From Eledone cirrhosa (Eukaryota): a stretch of DNA of 64,000 nucleotides. Positions 29,472 through 44,300 of this stretch are shown here, piece after piece. The notes under the pieces are model-generated. The model saw only the letters and a program-made list of their open reading frames with translations, made no database searches and was not told the origin of the DNA. The stretch lies in the NCBI GenBank assembly GCA_964016885.1, contig OZ024756.1:33914001-33978000 (forward strand), read 5' to 3'. The first letter of the stretch is position 1, and every line of letters begins with the position of its first letter. The position numbers and the translations under genes are program-made.

Positions 29472-30080
29472 TAGGCATGTTAAACTGAGTGTCCCCCGAG
29501 GGCCACATGGGTCACATATTTGTTGTCTGAGGGCCACATGTGTCACAGATGTGTTGTCTGAGGGCCACATGGGTCACATATTTGTTGTCTGAGGGCCACA
29601 TGTGTCACAGATGTGTTGTCTGAGGGCCACATGGGTCACATATTTGTTGTCTGAGGGCCATATGTGTCACAGATGTGTTGTCTGAGGGTCACATGGGTCA
29701 CATATTTGTTGTCTGAGGGCCACATGTGTCACAGATGTGTTGTCTGAGGGCCACATGGGTCACATATTTGTTGTCTGAGGGCCACATGGGTCACATATTT
29801 GTTGTCTGAGGGCCACATGGGTCACAGATGTGTTGTCTGAGGGCCACATGGGTCACAGATGTGTTGTCTGAGGGCCACATGGGTCACATATTTGTTGTCT
29901 GAGGGCCACATGGGTCACATATTTGTTGTCTGAGGGCTATATATGACAACTAATTGCGCACATTACAACTAATATCTATTACTTTATATTAAGCTCTCAC
30001 TTTAAAAACCTTTATGCGGGCCCCTGGTGTGCTTATAAAGGGCCATATGCGGCCCGGTGACCACATGTTTGACATACCTG
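29472..30080. mobile_element. hAT (Charlie-like) MITE inserted into an older SINE
   Basis: TIRs TAGGCATGTTAAAC / GTTTGACATACCTG; 8-bp TSD CCATAAAC/CCATAAAG; SINE halves at 29370-29470 and 30089-30130. Confidence 0.85.
29498..29940. repeat. 31-bp minisatellite, ~14 units
   Basis: GAGGGCCACATG(G/T)GTCACA(T/G)AT(T/G)TGTTGTCT. Confidence 0.95.
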
Positions 30081-30723
30081 CCATAAAGCATTCTATCCAA
30101 CGTTCTAACAACTCTGTCAATTCGCCGCCTATCTTCTTTATATATGTTCATAGAAGAGACGAGATTTACCTATTAATTGTGGGTTTAAATTTAGATTGAT
30201 GTGACACTGTTGGAAAATGCAAAGAACCCATCTGTTTGATAAGAGATGTATGAGCAGAAGACAAAGTGAGCCATCTTCTTCACATATATATTTGTACCTA
30301 ATTGTGACTGATTTACTTAGAGCTATGCTATTCCATAATGACATATTTTACTTATGTTTAATGTTAAATGTTATAGAATCTAATTTAATATAGAATCTTT
30401 CATTTTATTGATTAAGTCGATGTCAAGTTTTGATGGAGTGATCAATCAAATGAGATGTTAAGAGAAGTTTCGTTTAAGATGTTTTATAGTAAAATAAGAC
30501 TCGTTAAGCGCAAAAGTGTCTATACGATCATCTATTTCCGATTTAGTTTCCATGATAAATCGTTAATTACCGTCCATTTAAACTCCTCCATTTATCAATT
30601 GATAACCAAGGTGTGACGGCTATAGAAACTGTGTCAACAAGGGCAGTGTCCCAGCATGGCAACTGCTCATGAGCTGGAACAGATATGAGTAACACAGTGT
30701 GATGTTATGTCAATAGTTCTCTT

Positions 30724-31005
30724 TTGGTCCCACATAAATTTATGCCATCTCACCTAACTCGAAACTCACAGTATCTTCATCCGGATGCTGCTGTGGTCCC
30801 ACGAATAAGGAAGTCTTTCTACGGTCGTATAATTTTCCCTCGAACTTCCAGACTTTGGAACTCTCTTCCATCTCATTGTTTTCCTTCTTCTGAGGAAGTC
30901 ACCTAATTCAAGTCTAAAGCAAATTCATTCCTTTCGTCTTCATTTTACCTCCTTCATAATCTCCTTATTAAGAGGCTTCACGACTTGTTTGGGACTTTCA
31001 ACAAA
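30724..31005 (+). mobile_element. CR1/L2-like LINE 3' fragment
   Basis: FPRTSRLWNSLPSHCFP motif, followed after a frameshift by FKSKAN. Confidence 0.7.
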
Positions 31006-31091
31006 AAGCAATGTAAGAGAGACACCTTTTCTATAAATTGATAGAAATAAACGTTTAGGTAATTTGCGATGTTAGCCTTTATGTATATATG

Positions 31092-31170
<79 letters not shown>

Positions 31171-31171
31171 T

Positions 31172-31306
31172 ACAGCTGAGTAAACTGGAGCAACGTGAAA
31201 TAAAGAGTCTTGTTCAAAGAAACAACACATCACCCGGTCCGAGAATTGAACTCAGAACCTTTCGATTACAAGCCTAATGCTCTAACCACTAAGCCAAGGC
31301 ATGCCT
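31172..31306 (-). mobile_element. CORE-like tRNA-SINE 5' part
   Basis: A-box TGGCTTAGTGG, B-box GAGTTCAATTC, core CTTTGAACAAGAC..GCTCCAGTTTACTCAGCTG. Confidence 0.8.
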
Positions 31307-31674
31307 TTACACACACACATTTACCTGAAAAAAAAAGATAGCAAGACCGCATGACACAGTGTTCTGTTATGAGAAACTATAACAATAGAGAATAGTAATA
31401 ACACTTTGAAGAGAAATTAGAATTGCGGCTTTATAATTTATTGAGGAAATAGATATCAGTATTATCTCAAATTCACAAATATGTTGTTATAATCACAGAC
31501 AGGAAAAAAATCTTTATATTCAATTTATCTTACTCCTCCTGTATACATGATATTTTGAGAAAGTCTTTTTTGTCTGTTTCTCTACTTATATAGTTATATA
31601 GTATATATACGTGTGTTTCTCATTCTCTGCCAGGTCTATCTATGTAAGCAAATATAACCTAACCATATATATAT

Positions 31675-31707
<33 letters not shown>

Positions 31708-31721
31708 CACGGTATAACAGG

Positions 31722-31799
<78 letters not shown>

Positions 31800-32760
31800 A
31801 CTTAACTTTGATAACTTTGATAGGTTTCGACCAGTATTGGCCCAGGCCATGTCTAACTTAATAGCACCACCTGGCGAAGTCTTACAAATCAGTGTTTGGG
31901 CACCATGGCCCATTCGAGCAGAGTTATTGTTTACGGAGGCATATCCGGGTGTAGGAGGCTTATCCGGGAATTCTTGAAGGAATTTATCTAAAGACTTGAT
32001 GGGGTCTGTCTCTGCTTTGATCTGTTTTGGTATAATGTTAAAGAGAGCAGGGCCAATTGAGGTGAAATAATTGTGCCGTATTGTTGTTATGAGATGCGAA
32101 TGAGATTTTTGTCGTGTGCGGATAGCACGGGGCCCAAGCCTTGGGTGTACATTAAAGGTGATGCCAACATCATTTGGGTAAAGCTGATGGAATATTTTCC
32201 ACATCATCAGATAATGTAGCGCTCACGGCGATGTCGGAGAGAATAAAGGTTGAGCATTTCTAATCGACTCCAATAGTCAAGGCCATCTCTCTTTTTTGTA
32301 GTTGACCTTTGGGGTGCTTCAACTTTCAAGATACTTTGTTTCGTGTGGGGAGACCACAGTGTCCAACAGTATTCAAGGTGGGGTCGGGCAAAAGTGAAGA
32401 AGAGAAGGATAACAGTGTGGATATCTCTCGACTGGAAAGTTCTGAGAATCCAGGAACACATTCTCCGGGCCATATCAACATTGCTGTTTATATGAGTGGC
32501 CCAGCTTATGTTGTTGTCCACAATTACTCCCAGGTCTCTGATGTTGTTGGATACCACTAGAGTTTCACCCGAAGGAAGAGAGTATGGTAGTTTCAGGGCA
32601 TCCTTTTTCCCAAAGTGGAATAATTCAAACTTATCCTCATTCAACAGCATATTATTCTTTTCTGCCCATTGGCTAACAGCCAGTAGGTCTGACTGAAGGC
32701 AAGTCCGGTCACCCACCTCATTGATGACCCTTTGGAGCTTGGAATCATCTGCGAAGATTA
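31800..32760 (-). mobile_element. 5'-truncated CR1/L2-like LINE (RT C-terminal half, disrupted)
   Basis: [38 protein letters not shown]; short TATCAAAGT tandem tail. Confidence 0.9.
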
Positions 32761-32931
32761 TTATGTGTGTGTATATATGTGTGTGTGTAGGTAGATATAT
32801 AGATTGATTGGTTGTTTTTGATCCACACTATAAATGACTCGTCTATCTGTGTATGTATACATAAATACATACATACATTCATACATACACATATGTATAT
32901 ATATATATATATGTATATATATATGTATATA

Positions 32932-33028
<97 letters not shown>

Positions 33029-33064
33029 GTATGTATGTATGTAAATACATTTATATATAAGGGA

Positions 33065-33252
33065 AATTGTTTCTACTTTTGGCACAAGGCCAGCAATTAC
33101 CCCAGTGCATTACTGATACTTTATTTTATCGACCCTGTAAGGATGAAAGGCAAAGTTAACCTCGGCGGGATTTGAACTCAGAATGTCAAGGGCCGTAACT
33201 CTATGCGTCAAATCATGGTGTCCGACCCTCTGCCGATACTGCCAATCCACCA
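33065..33252 (-). mobile_element. tRNA-derived SINE, full length
   Basis: Matches family consensus. Confidence 0.9.
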
Positions 33253-33785
33253 ATAAATAGTGTTCGAAAAGCGAACCTAGTATATATATAAAAGGATCTT
33301 TATAACATGTATAAAAGTTGATGTTAGCAAAGCCTGCATTCTCCGTTTTGGATCATCAAAACATTTGTTATAAAGTTAAATTATTTTTTCGTTAAAATTC
33401 CTGTTTGATGATTTTCTACCACACTGGTTTAGGTCGCTTCTGTCCTTGCTAAAGTAAGGGATACAACTTTTTTTTTTTTCGCTGTGGCTTGTGTGTAAAA
33501 TATGTTTTTAATCTGTGACAAAGGATACAAATATATATGTATATATATATAGTAATAATTGTTTCTACTTTAGGCACAAGGCAAGCAATTACCCAGTGCA
33601 TTACTGGTACTTTATTTTATCGACCCCGTAAAGATGAACGGCAAAGTCAACCTTGGCGGATAGTAATAATAATAAATTTGAAGACTAAAATCCAAAGAGG
33701 GCTCGATAAGGATAAATATATATCAGATATATAAGAACCGTAGAGCAAATATTTAATCTGTTATTTTAATAAATATATATATATA

Positions 33786-33866
<81 letters not shown>

Positions 33867-33893
33867 GTATATATATATATATATATATGTATG

Positions 33894-33925
<32 letters not shown>

Positions 33926-34751
33926 TGTATACATATATATATACATATATATATAGAGAGAGAGAGACAGAGGGTGGTGGAATGACTGTAATTGGTATAT
34001 AGAGAGATAGGTCGATCGCTCGTTAGATAGATAGATATTTTTCTTTATTAGCCACAGATAGATAGATAGATACTTATTTTTTACTAACAAAAAAAATAGA
34101 CAGTGTCTCTTTAAAGAATAAAAATGACAGAACTGATGATTATCGATTTAGGAGGAGTGAAAATACGAAATAATCGTTGAAAACATTTATACTGAGAAAA
34201 AAGAGAGAGAGCGTGCAAACGCAGATAAGATAAATAAAATGGTCGCTATAGAAAATACCGTTACTTCAATACTGTTCTCTATGATTAGCTATTAGTCGTC
34301 TCTACTTAGTACATTTCATCACAGTCGCAGCTACAAAGAAAGTCGAATCGAAAGCTTTCAAAAGATTTAATTATATCAATAGAACTCAATCTCTATTTTA
34401 TATATGTATGTTTTTTTATTGTTTTTGTTATTGTTGTTTTTGTTGCTTATTTGTTTATTTGCTTATTTTATTGTTGTTGTTTTTTATCTACTTTTCCTCG
34501 ATAAAATGTCCAATTCGTCTAACTACATTATTTGATATTTTTCACCGGGTAACAAAATATAGCCGTGAATTAACGTAAAATACATTCTCTCTCTTATTCT
34601 CTCCCTTTCTCTCTCTCTCTCTCTCTCTGCCTCCCTCTCTCTCTCGCTCTCTCTCTTTATCTGGTTTATATATATAAATATATATATATATATACACGTT
34701 TTTTCTCACTCTCTCTCTCTGCCTATTTATCTCTCTCTCTCTCCCACTCTC

Positions 34752-34854
<103 letters not shown>

Positions 34855-34962
34855 AACGTTTTCTCTCACGCTTTTATTGTGTCTATGTATTTATCTGTTT
34901 GTCTCCCAAGATATCTTTCATTCATACTTCCTTCCCGTTATGAAACTCTCACACCTCTCTTT

Positions 34963-35046
<84 letters not shown>

Positions 35047-35189
35047 AACTTTCTCTCTTTCTTTCTGCCTTCTCCATTACATTACTCTCTTTCATTCGGC
35101 CTTCCTCTCTCTCTCTCCCTCCCCTCACTCTTTCTCTCTCACTCTTCCTCTCTCTCTCTCTCGCTCTCTCTCTCTCTCGCTCTCTCTAT

Positions 35190-35262
<73 letters not shown>

Positions 35263-35388
35263 TACTTCTCCTTTTGAAGACATTAGTGTTATTGCATTCG
35301 TGCATAGTATTGATTTGTCAAATAGATATAGTTCGATCTATTTCATATGTGGATAAATGTATATATTTGAGTATGTGTGAGAGTGTGG

Positions 35389-35430
<42 letters not shown>

Positions 35431-35568
35431 ACTAATGGATATGTCATCTACTCGAGTTTAATGGTACACAATTTTTCAGGGTGCTCAAAATCAATGTAGT
35501 AGATATGTATGGTGAAGCAATACACCACGAGCTGCATACTATTATATATATCTGTGTCTGTGTGTGAG

Positions 35569-35638
<70 letters not shown>

Positions 35639-35969
35639 GACAGACAGACAGACAGAACTTGGGTACCTTGGGTAATGGAATAATTATATGGTGTTGTTTA
35701 TTATGTAATTAAATAGCTCTGTACAATACATAGAGCACTCTTCTTTCCTTTACCTTTCCCAATGAAATACTTAACATATATAAACATATATATATATATA
35801 AATGCATGTATATGCAGATAATTATAATAATAGTTGATATGTATAAATATCAGTGTTAAGTACTCTGGGAAAGCCTGTGCAACCCTTACGCCTTTTTATT
35901 TATAGTTATCGAATATTATTTTAGGTATTCTGCCGCATATACTAGCAACTTTCAAATTTCTCAATACTA

Positions 35970-36146
35970 TTTGCCAGTATTGGTAGAGCGACAGACACCA
36001 TGCTTTGTAGCATAGAGTTACGGCCCTTTACTATCTAAGTTCAAATCACGCCGAGGTTAACTTTGTTTTTCATCCCTACGGGGTCGATTAAATAAAGTAC
36101 AGTAATGCACTGGGAAAATTGCTGGCCTTGTGCCAAAAGTAGAAAA

Positions 36147-36242
<96 letters not shown>

Positions 36243-36412
36243 CATCTTATCATCATATTTATAGTTTTTTTATTTGTTTGCTTGCTTAGATATCTTTGTA
36301 TAAAGTTTAGAAAAAACTAAAAACAAAAAGACACACAGCCGAGGTCAACTTTGCCTTTCATCCTTACAGGGTCGATAAAATGGAGTACCAGTTAAATACT
36401 GAGGTCGATATA
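35970..36412 (+). mobile_element. SINE + (TTA)n + unique spacer + partial SINE composite
   Basis: Inverted copy of 19570-19960. Confidence 0.85.
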
Positions 36413-36794
36413 TGACTGAGTGAATAACTAAGTTTAGATGAGGTTTATAAAGGATTTGTATCGTAAACTAAATACGTTGCCCTTATCATTCCCGTACAGA
36501 AATATACGTAAATATATGTAAAGCATACAGGCACAAACTCAATCACATACACACAAACACTAACACACACACCCGACACAAATATATCTCCGATTGACAT
36601 AAGAAGCGTTGGTAAATTTCAAAAATATATATCTATAAATATATATCCATATATATATATACATAACTAAGGACTTTACATATATATATACATGTAAATA
36701 TATACATATTTATATATATATATATATATACATTGGTATTCTATCCACTATAATTGAACACATACCTCTGTGTATTTTTCTCTATATACTGTCT

Positions 36795-36828
<34 letters not shown>

Positions 36829-36840
36829 ATATATATTATA

Positions 36841-36976
<136 letters not shown>

Positions 36977-37596
36977 TTTCACTTACCATAAATACATTCT
37001 CTAATTTTGGTAACTTTAGACATTATATTTTTATAGAAACAATTTCAGTTTCAAAGAGAGAAATGAATATTTTCTAAATATCAGATTTTATAATCTGACC
37101 TTTGAAAATATGCATTACGTAAGAATTTTTCTCTCGAATAGGATATGACTTGTGTTTTTGTTGTTTTTGTTGTTTTTTTTGTTTTCTTTGCTAAATCTAT
37201 TTATGAGTTCCTTCGCTCTTATATGTTATATCTGTTTATCATAAAAACTACTATGAAGAGTAAAATTCAATTACCTGTCATGCTAAAAATGTGTGATAAA
37301 AACTGACATCTCATCTCTGTTAATGATATCAAATTTAAGTCTATCATATCATATCATTTCCTCGTGTGTCGCCATTTTGAATATTATCTTTGAATGATAT
37401 TTTATTATGTTTTAGTTATTCAATGGTTAAATACATACACGCACGCACACGCACACACACACACATATATATATATATATACAGACACACACACACACAC
37501 ACACATAAACAGACATACAAACACACACACACACACAAACTCGTAAGCACTCGGAAATACATATATATATGTATTCATATGTATAAATATATATGT

Positions 37597-37755
<159 letters not shown>

Positions 37756-37872
37756 TGCATTACCGGATGCGAATACGATTGCCAATATTATGTTACACTG
37801 ACAATAAAAATAATATATACGTATATTTATACATATACATATATATATATATATAATTTGTTTATATATATA

Positions 37873-37904
<32 letters not shown>

Positions 37905-38209
37905 ATTATAATTATATACATATACATATATATATACATATATATTTATATATGTATATATATACACATATATATATGTGTGTGTGTGTGTATGTGTGTG
38001 TATATGTATATATGTGTGTATATATGTTTGTGTGTATGTGTGTGTGTGTGTGTGTGTGTGTATAACCAGACACGATTACGATTGCCTATATTAAGTTACA
38101 CTGACAACAACAAAAATTCATCTTACTTTTCCTGCATTACGTATTCCGAATTATCTCTTCAGAATTTTGATTTCGTTTATTTTGAGATCTTGCATTTGAA
38201 ATCATATAT

Positions 38210-38305
<96 letters not shown>

Positions 38306-38467
38306 AAGTTAAATGGATTTTTTTTTTTTGTCAGTGTAACTTAATATAGGCAATCGTCTCAACATTGATTCTTTTTTTTCTGTGATATCATACACTGCTC
38401 TATGAGAGCATCGAGTGCTCAAACGGCCTACCGCATACAGACGCTTTAAGCATCCAACACCAATTAA

Positions 38468-39390
38468 TCTATATATATATATAAAATAAAGAATGTCTGT
38501 GTATGTTTCCCTAAAACTCGATAAGTACCTAACGTTTTTTTTTCAAACTTTACACATGTAATATGTATGACCCTGTGAGTGTTTTGAGCAAAAAAACAAT
38601 TTCAAATTATTTAGTCCTAGCGGGTCGAATTAGTGAAGTAGCCAATGTCTGTACATAATGAGGGAGTGAGAGGGGAGAGAAAGAACCGGAGAGGCGAAGT
38701 GACGAAGTGGATCTCTACTCCTCCTCCTCCATCTCCCCATTCGTCACAGTGTTTTTCGATAGAGGGGTGAAATGTGAGTGAGTTTATAAAGAGAAAGAGT
38801 GAAAGAAACAGACAGACTAAAAGAGGGGGATAGCGGGAGAGAGAGAGAGAGCAATAGATGCTGTTTGATACATGACAGTGGAAGAGAGGAAGGAAAGCTA
38901 TAACTAATTAACATGTGTGTGTGTGCGTGCGCGTGTGTGTGTGTTCGTGCAGCGTTCCACTACGAGTTAAATCTATTAAGATGTGTGTGTACGTGCACAC
39001 GTGAGTGCGTGAGTTTGCGTGCGTTTGCGCGTTTGCGTGTGTGAGTGTGTGTGTGTACGTGCATGTGGCGTTTCACTTACGCCATTTTTTTCAGTGACAG
39101 TAGTTGTTGTAGATGATCATTTATTTATAACCTAGGACTTAACTGTAAATGATCTGGGAAAACCAAGTGAAAGAAACTTAGAAGGATAAACACTAACTTT
39201 CATCATCTTCAAATCACAACCTAGATTCAGACTGCTACATTTCTACCGAATACCCACAAATCTAACACAGAAAATATATGATGGCTTCAACAACAACAAA
39301 AAACGTTATATATCGTTATTACTACCATTGATATCAGTAAAGTTTTTATTTCTCTTTCCTGTTATCCATTCATATAAACATGTTCACTAA
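38468..39390 (+). mobile_element. Probable non-autonomous Helitron 5' part
   Basis: A|TC-TATATATATAAAATAAAGAATGTCTGTGT..TTCAAACTTTACAC start typical of metazoan Helitron remnants; right end uncertain. Confidence 0.45.
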
Positions 39391-39399
39391 CTTACATAT

Positions 39400-39469
<70 letters not shown>

Positions 39470-39552
39470 ATCTACATATATATTTTATAATGTTTATATA
39501 TATGTTTATGTATATATATTGTAATATATATATATATATATATATAAATATA

Positions 39553-40012
39553 CTAGCAGCGGTACCCGGCGTTGCACGGGATAAGGTATTTTGGAACGCG
39601 AGCCGCCAGCAGACCTAATCGTGGAAAAACAGCATGCTTGAACAATATGTAAAGAAAATAAACCGAATACTCTGATGGCTAGATAATCTTTAAGATTTTC
39701 CTCGATGAAGCAGGAAAAATGCAGCTTTTCAGCTAATGCGGGCCCTAGGGGATCAAGAAAATGAATTTTTTTTATGTGCATAATATGCCTTGAAATTTCG
39801 GGAAAAATCGGCTAGACGTAACGCCTCAAAAGAGCCCTAAAAAGCTGAAAAAATGAAGTTTTTCACCTAATGTGGGCCCTAGGTCATAAACAAGTTGGAT
39901 TTTCTTATATATAATATATTACATGTATGTTCGATTGTAAAGCTATTCTCTTCCTTCATTAATACTGCCGAGCACCAACTTCAATTTATCTAGAAACGTC
40001 TTATAAATCTCA

Positions 40013-40050
<38 letters not shown>

Positions 40051-40063
40051 ATATATATATATA

Positions 40064-40096
<33 letters not shown>

Positions 40097-40300
40097 CTTT
40101 CTTTCTCTTACATATTCACACGCATACACAGTCACAAGCACACTCTGGTTTTCAATGTCTTATTTTATATGCGTGTGTGTTTGTGTTGAGACTCAGTGAG
40201 AGAGAGAATCAGAAATAGAAAACTGGATATAATACCTAGTAATCTCTTTTATTTAGGAAACTATCTGGTCTAACTGGTCTTACCACACCCTATCTGATAC
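39553..40300 (-). mobile_element. Helitron 3' terminus and body
   Basis: Minus strand hairpin CCCGTGCAACGCCGGG, then ~12 nt ending CTAG|T; far boundary uncertain. Confidence 0.6.
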
Positions 40301-40316
40301 ATATATATGTATATAC

Positions 40317-40401
<85 letters not shown>

Positions 40402-40531
40402 CAGAGAGAGAGAGAGAAACGAAATGAAAGACAAATTTTGAGACTATTAGTTTAATACTAATTAATACTAATTAATATTAGAGAATGTCAGTGCATATCT
40501 ATATATATATGTGTCTGTGTGTATATATATA

Positions 40532-40610
<79 letters not shown>

Positions 40611-40613
40611 AGA

Positions 40614-40658
<45 letters not shown>

Positions 40659-40743
40659 GCATTTATACTTCTTCATAATTTTTTTTTAATCATTAAAACT
40701 ACTTATTATTTACATTACATATATATAAATTACAAAATATATA

Positions 40744-40842
<99 letters not shown>

Positions 40843-40910
40843 CATACATACATACATATACATACATACATACATACATACATACATACATACATACATA
40901 CATACATACA

Positions 40911-40946
<36 letters not shown>

Positions 40947-41267
40947 TATATACATTACATATATATATATATATTTAAATTAACTAATTAGCAGAGAATA
41001 TTCAAGTGTAGCACTTAATTTTCTATTTGAATGTTGAAGTACGCTAAATAATTTTACACGAGAAATTAATCAAAATCTTATGTCAAGTGCAAGTAATTAG
41101 ATTAAGCAAAATATTAAAATCTTATAATCTGCTTGCGGAATCGTTGGTTTTGGTTGGGACGACAAGCGTTCTACATCGTTAAAAGATATTTAACAAACCT
41201 CTGATTAAATTATAGTGTATAGATGGGTGGGTTGTCCTGCAGCTCCTAGAGGAAGTCGTAGGTGTGC

Positions 41268-41436
41268 ATTATTTACATACGGCGTATGTACTTTATTTTA
41301 TCGACCCCGTAAGGATGGAAGGCAAGGTTAACTTTGCCTTTCATCCTTACGGGGTCGATAAAATAAAGTACCAGTAATGCACTGGGTAATTGCTGGCCTT
41401 GTGCCTAACGTAGAAACAATTATTTACATACGGCGT
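41268..41436 (+). mobile_element. 5'-inverted SINE with 18-bp TSD
   Basis: TSD ATTATTTACATACGGCGT at 41268-41285 and 41419-41436; 42-bp arms centred on GTTAAC. Confidence 0.9.
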
Positions 41437-41653
41437 TTCTATGGCATTTTTAAACCTGGCGGAGCTCATCACTTCTCCAGATTTGAATATAATAGTTTTA
41501 GTCCAAAGAAGAATAAAGGGTGGTAGAATGGAAGTTAGGAAGAGATACAGGAAGAATCTACCCCAGTACGAAATATATATGTGTGAGTGTGTGTGTGTAA
41601 TAAGTAATATGGATATGAAAACTTTACAGTTAAAGGACTAACATTTATTATAT

Positions 41654-41780
41654 AATTGACACGTGTTTCATCAATCTACTGGTGAATATGATCTAGAAAT
41701 ACTTGTCCGATAGGATTTATCGGATAATTCAATTTCCAATATTTTGCAACAGAACCGTGGCAAATCGGCTCTTCAGAATT
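41654..41780 (-). ncRNA. Hammerhead with ~100-nt stem II inside fold-back 41598-41875
   Basis: AATT CTGAAGA GCCGATTT..TAGATTGAT GAAA C-ACGT-G TC AATT; mirror arm retains TAGATTGGC GAAA. Confidence 0.65.
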
Positions 41781-42029
41781 TAACAATGATCTTGTTTAAC
41801 TGTAGATTGGCGAAACACATGTCAATTATATATTAAATGTTAGTCCTTTAACTATGAAGTTCATTTTACTTATTATATCATATATAAACACTCCTGAAAT
41901 TACCTTCATTGTACCTACGGTTAATCACCACGGAAACACTATCATAAATCATTCACTTGTCGAGCCACAAACCATTTCATGTTAACATAGTTTTCGATTT
42001 CTCCGAATGAAATCTGATCACTACCAAAT

Positions 42030-42121
<92 letters not shown>

Positions 42122-42308
42122 AAAATGTTCAAGACCTCGACGGCAGAACTCAAGCCGTTTCTACGGCCATTTCTGGACTAAAATTGAATTGAATTTTCCT
42201 ATTACCCATTCTACTCCCCTAAGTACTGAGTACTCTGGGGCGTTATGGTCCATCTGGTTCCTTACCACATTTTCTTCGTTATATATATATATATATATAT
42301 AGATATAT

Positions 42309-42346
<38 letters not shown>

Positions 42347-42349
<3 letters not shown>

Positions 42350-42513
42350 ATTGGGAATATGGAAGATGATGTGGTCGAGAGGAATAACAAAGGCTGGGCG
42401 GTGTGCCACAGCTTGAGATCGGTGTGGAAGTCGGACCTTCGTAAAGACCTGAAGATCCACCTCTTCGTTGCTGTAGTGGAGTCTGTGCTGCTGTACGGGT
42501 CTGACTGAGACTT

Positions 42514-42516
<3 letters not shown>
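42347..42516 (+). mobile_element. RTE-like LINE fragment
   Basis: [38 protein letters not shown], resembling the post-RT region of RTE/RTEX. Confidence 0.75.
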
Positions 42517-42609
<93 letters not shown>

Positions 42610-42751
42610 ATGTATATAGCCCTGATGGTTTCTTTGTATGAAACAGTTATAGTCCTGCATAAGCCATTTCCATATTAAGCTTGATGTTTACACTCTACTA
42701 ATGTATTGAGTACCAAACTAGCTGTGGTTACACCCGATTGAACCAGGGACT

Positions 42752-42842
<91 letters not shown>

Positions 42843-42878
42843 ATATATATATATGTATATATATATATATGTATGTAT

Positions 42879-42916
<38 letters not shown>

Positions 42917-43171
42917 GGAGAAGAAGTTTATGAAACGGATTTTAAAACACACTTTATTATACGTTGAGCAATCTCCGACATCGGTTGACTCCATCCAATG
43001 CAACTACTTAGTAAGATTAGAATACAGATTTACTAATTCTATATATATTAAGGACCGAGTAAGTTAGATCGCAGATATAAAAGACAGCGAGAAGCGAAAA
43101 CCAACCAAACAGTGAGTGTGTTCTGTTATTAATTCTGGCAATATTACGCAAATATGACCCTCCCCAAGTAT

Positions 43172-43252
<81 letters not shown>

Positions 43253-43285
43253 CATACATACATATATATATACATATATATATAC

Positions 43286-43464
<179 letters not shown>

Positions 43465-43594
43465 CATATATTGAATACATAAATTAATGTACGACATACC
43501 TCAACTGTCTTGATGGTTTAATTTCAGTCATGGCAGTGATTTAAATGCTTTGAATCTATTGTAAAACTATATTCATTGAGTAATCAATGAACCG

Positions 43595-43660
43595 TATTTT
43601 ATCTGATGAGGATGTACTGAAAAAACACCACAGTACCACTGAAATATATATAATAAAACA
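43595..43660 (+). ncRNA. Type I hammerhead ribozyme
   Basis: TATTTTAT CTGATGA GGATGTACTG-loop-CAGTACCACT GAAA T-ATAT-A TA ATAAAACA. Confidence 0.75.
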
Positions 43661-43702
43661 TATATTTTGATTATGTGAACGTCTTCATTTATTAATATTT
43701 TG

Positions 43703-43765
<63 letters not shown>

Positions 43766-43784
43766 GGTGTGTGGGTGTGTGTGT

Positions 43785-43820
<36 letters not shown>

Positions 43821-43922
43821 CAAAAGTATATATAGGTATAAAATAGTCTCTTACAATAAAATACCTCTAGGAAAGAGATTTTTCCGAGCCGTATATTATA
43901 ACTGTGTTCGCTTTTCTTTTAT

Positions 43923-44300
43923 ATATATAAAGAAGAAATTAAAAGATGGTTAAAAAAGTTGCATATATTTTATTATGCGCATTTCTAAAACAATATCATC
44001 GTGGGACAAAAATTGTGTTCTCATCAGATAAAATAAGGTAACATGATATGAGGCCTAAAAACAATTGTGAACAAGTGTCCAGTCTACATGTAGACTGAAC
44101 ACTTTCTTATTCACAAGTGTTTTTAGGCCTCATATCATGTTACCTTATTGTATCTGATGAGAACACAATACCTTATTTTATCTGATGAGAACACAATACC
44201 TTATTTTATCTGATGAGAACACGATGATGTTGTTTTTGAAATGCGCATAATAAAATATATGGAACTTTTTTAACCATCTTTTAATTTCTTCTTTATATAT
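43923..44300. mobile_element. ~380-bp fold-back with two divergent hammerheads (43966-44035 minus, 44202-44257 plus)
   Basis: Centre CAGTCTACATGTAGACTG; both arms read TATTTTAT CTGATGA GAACAC..GAAA T-GCGC-A TA ATAAAATA. Confidence 0.85.
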
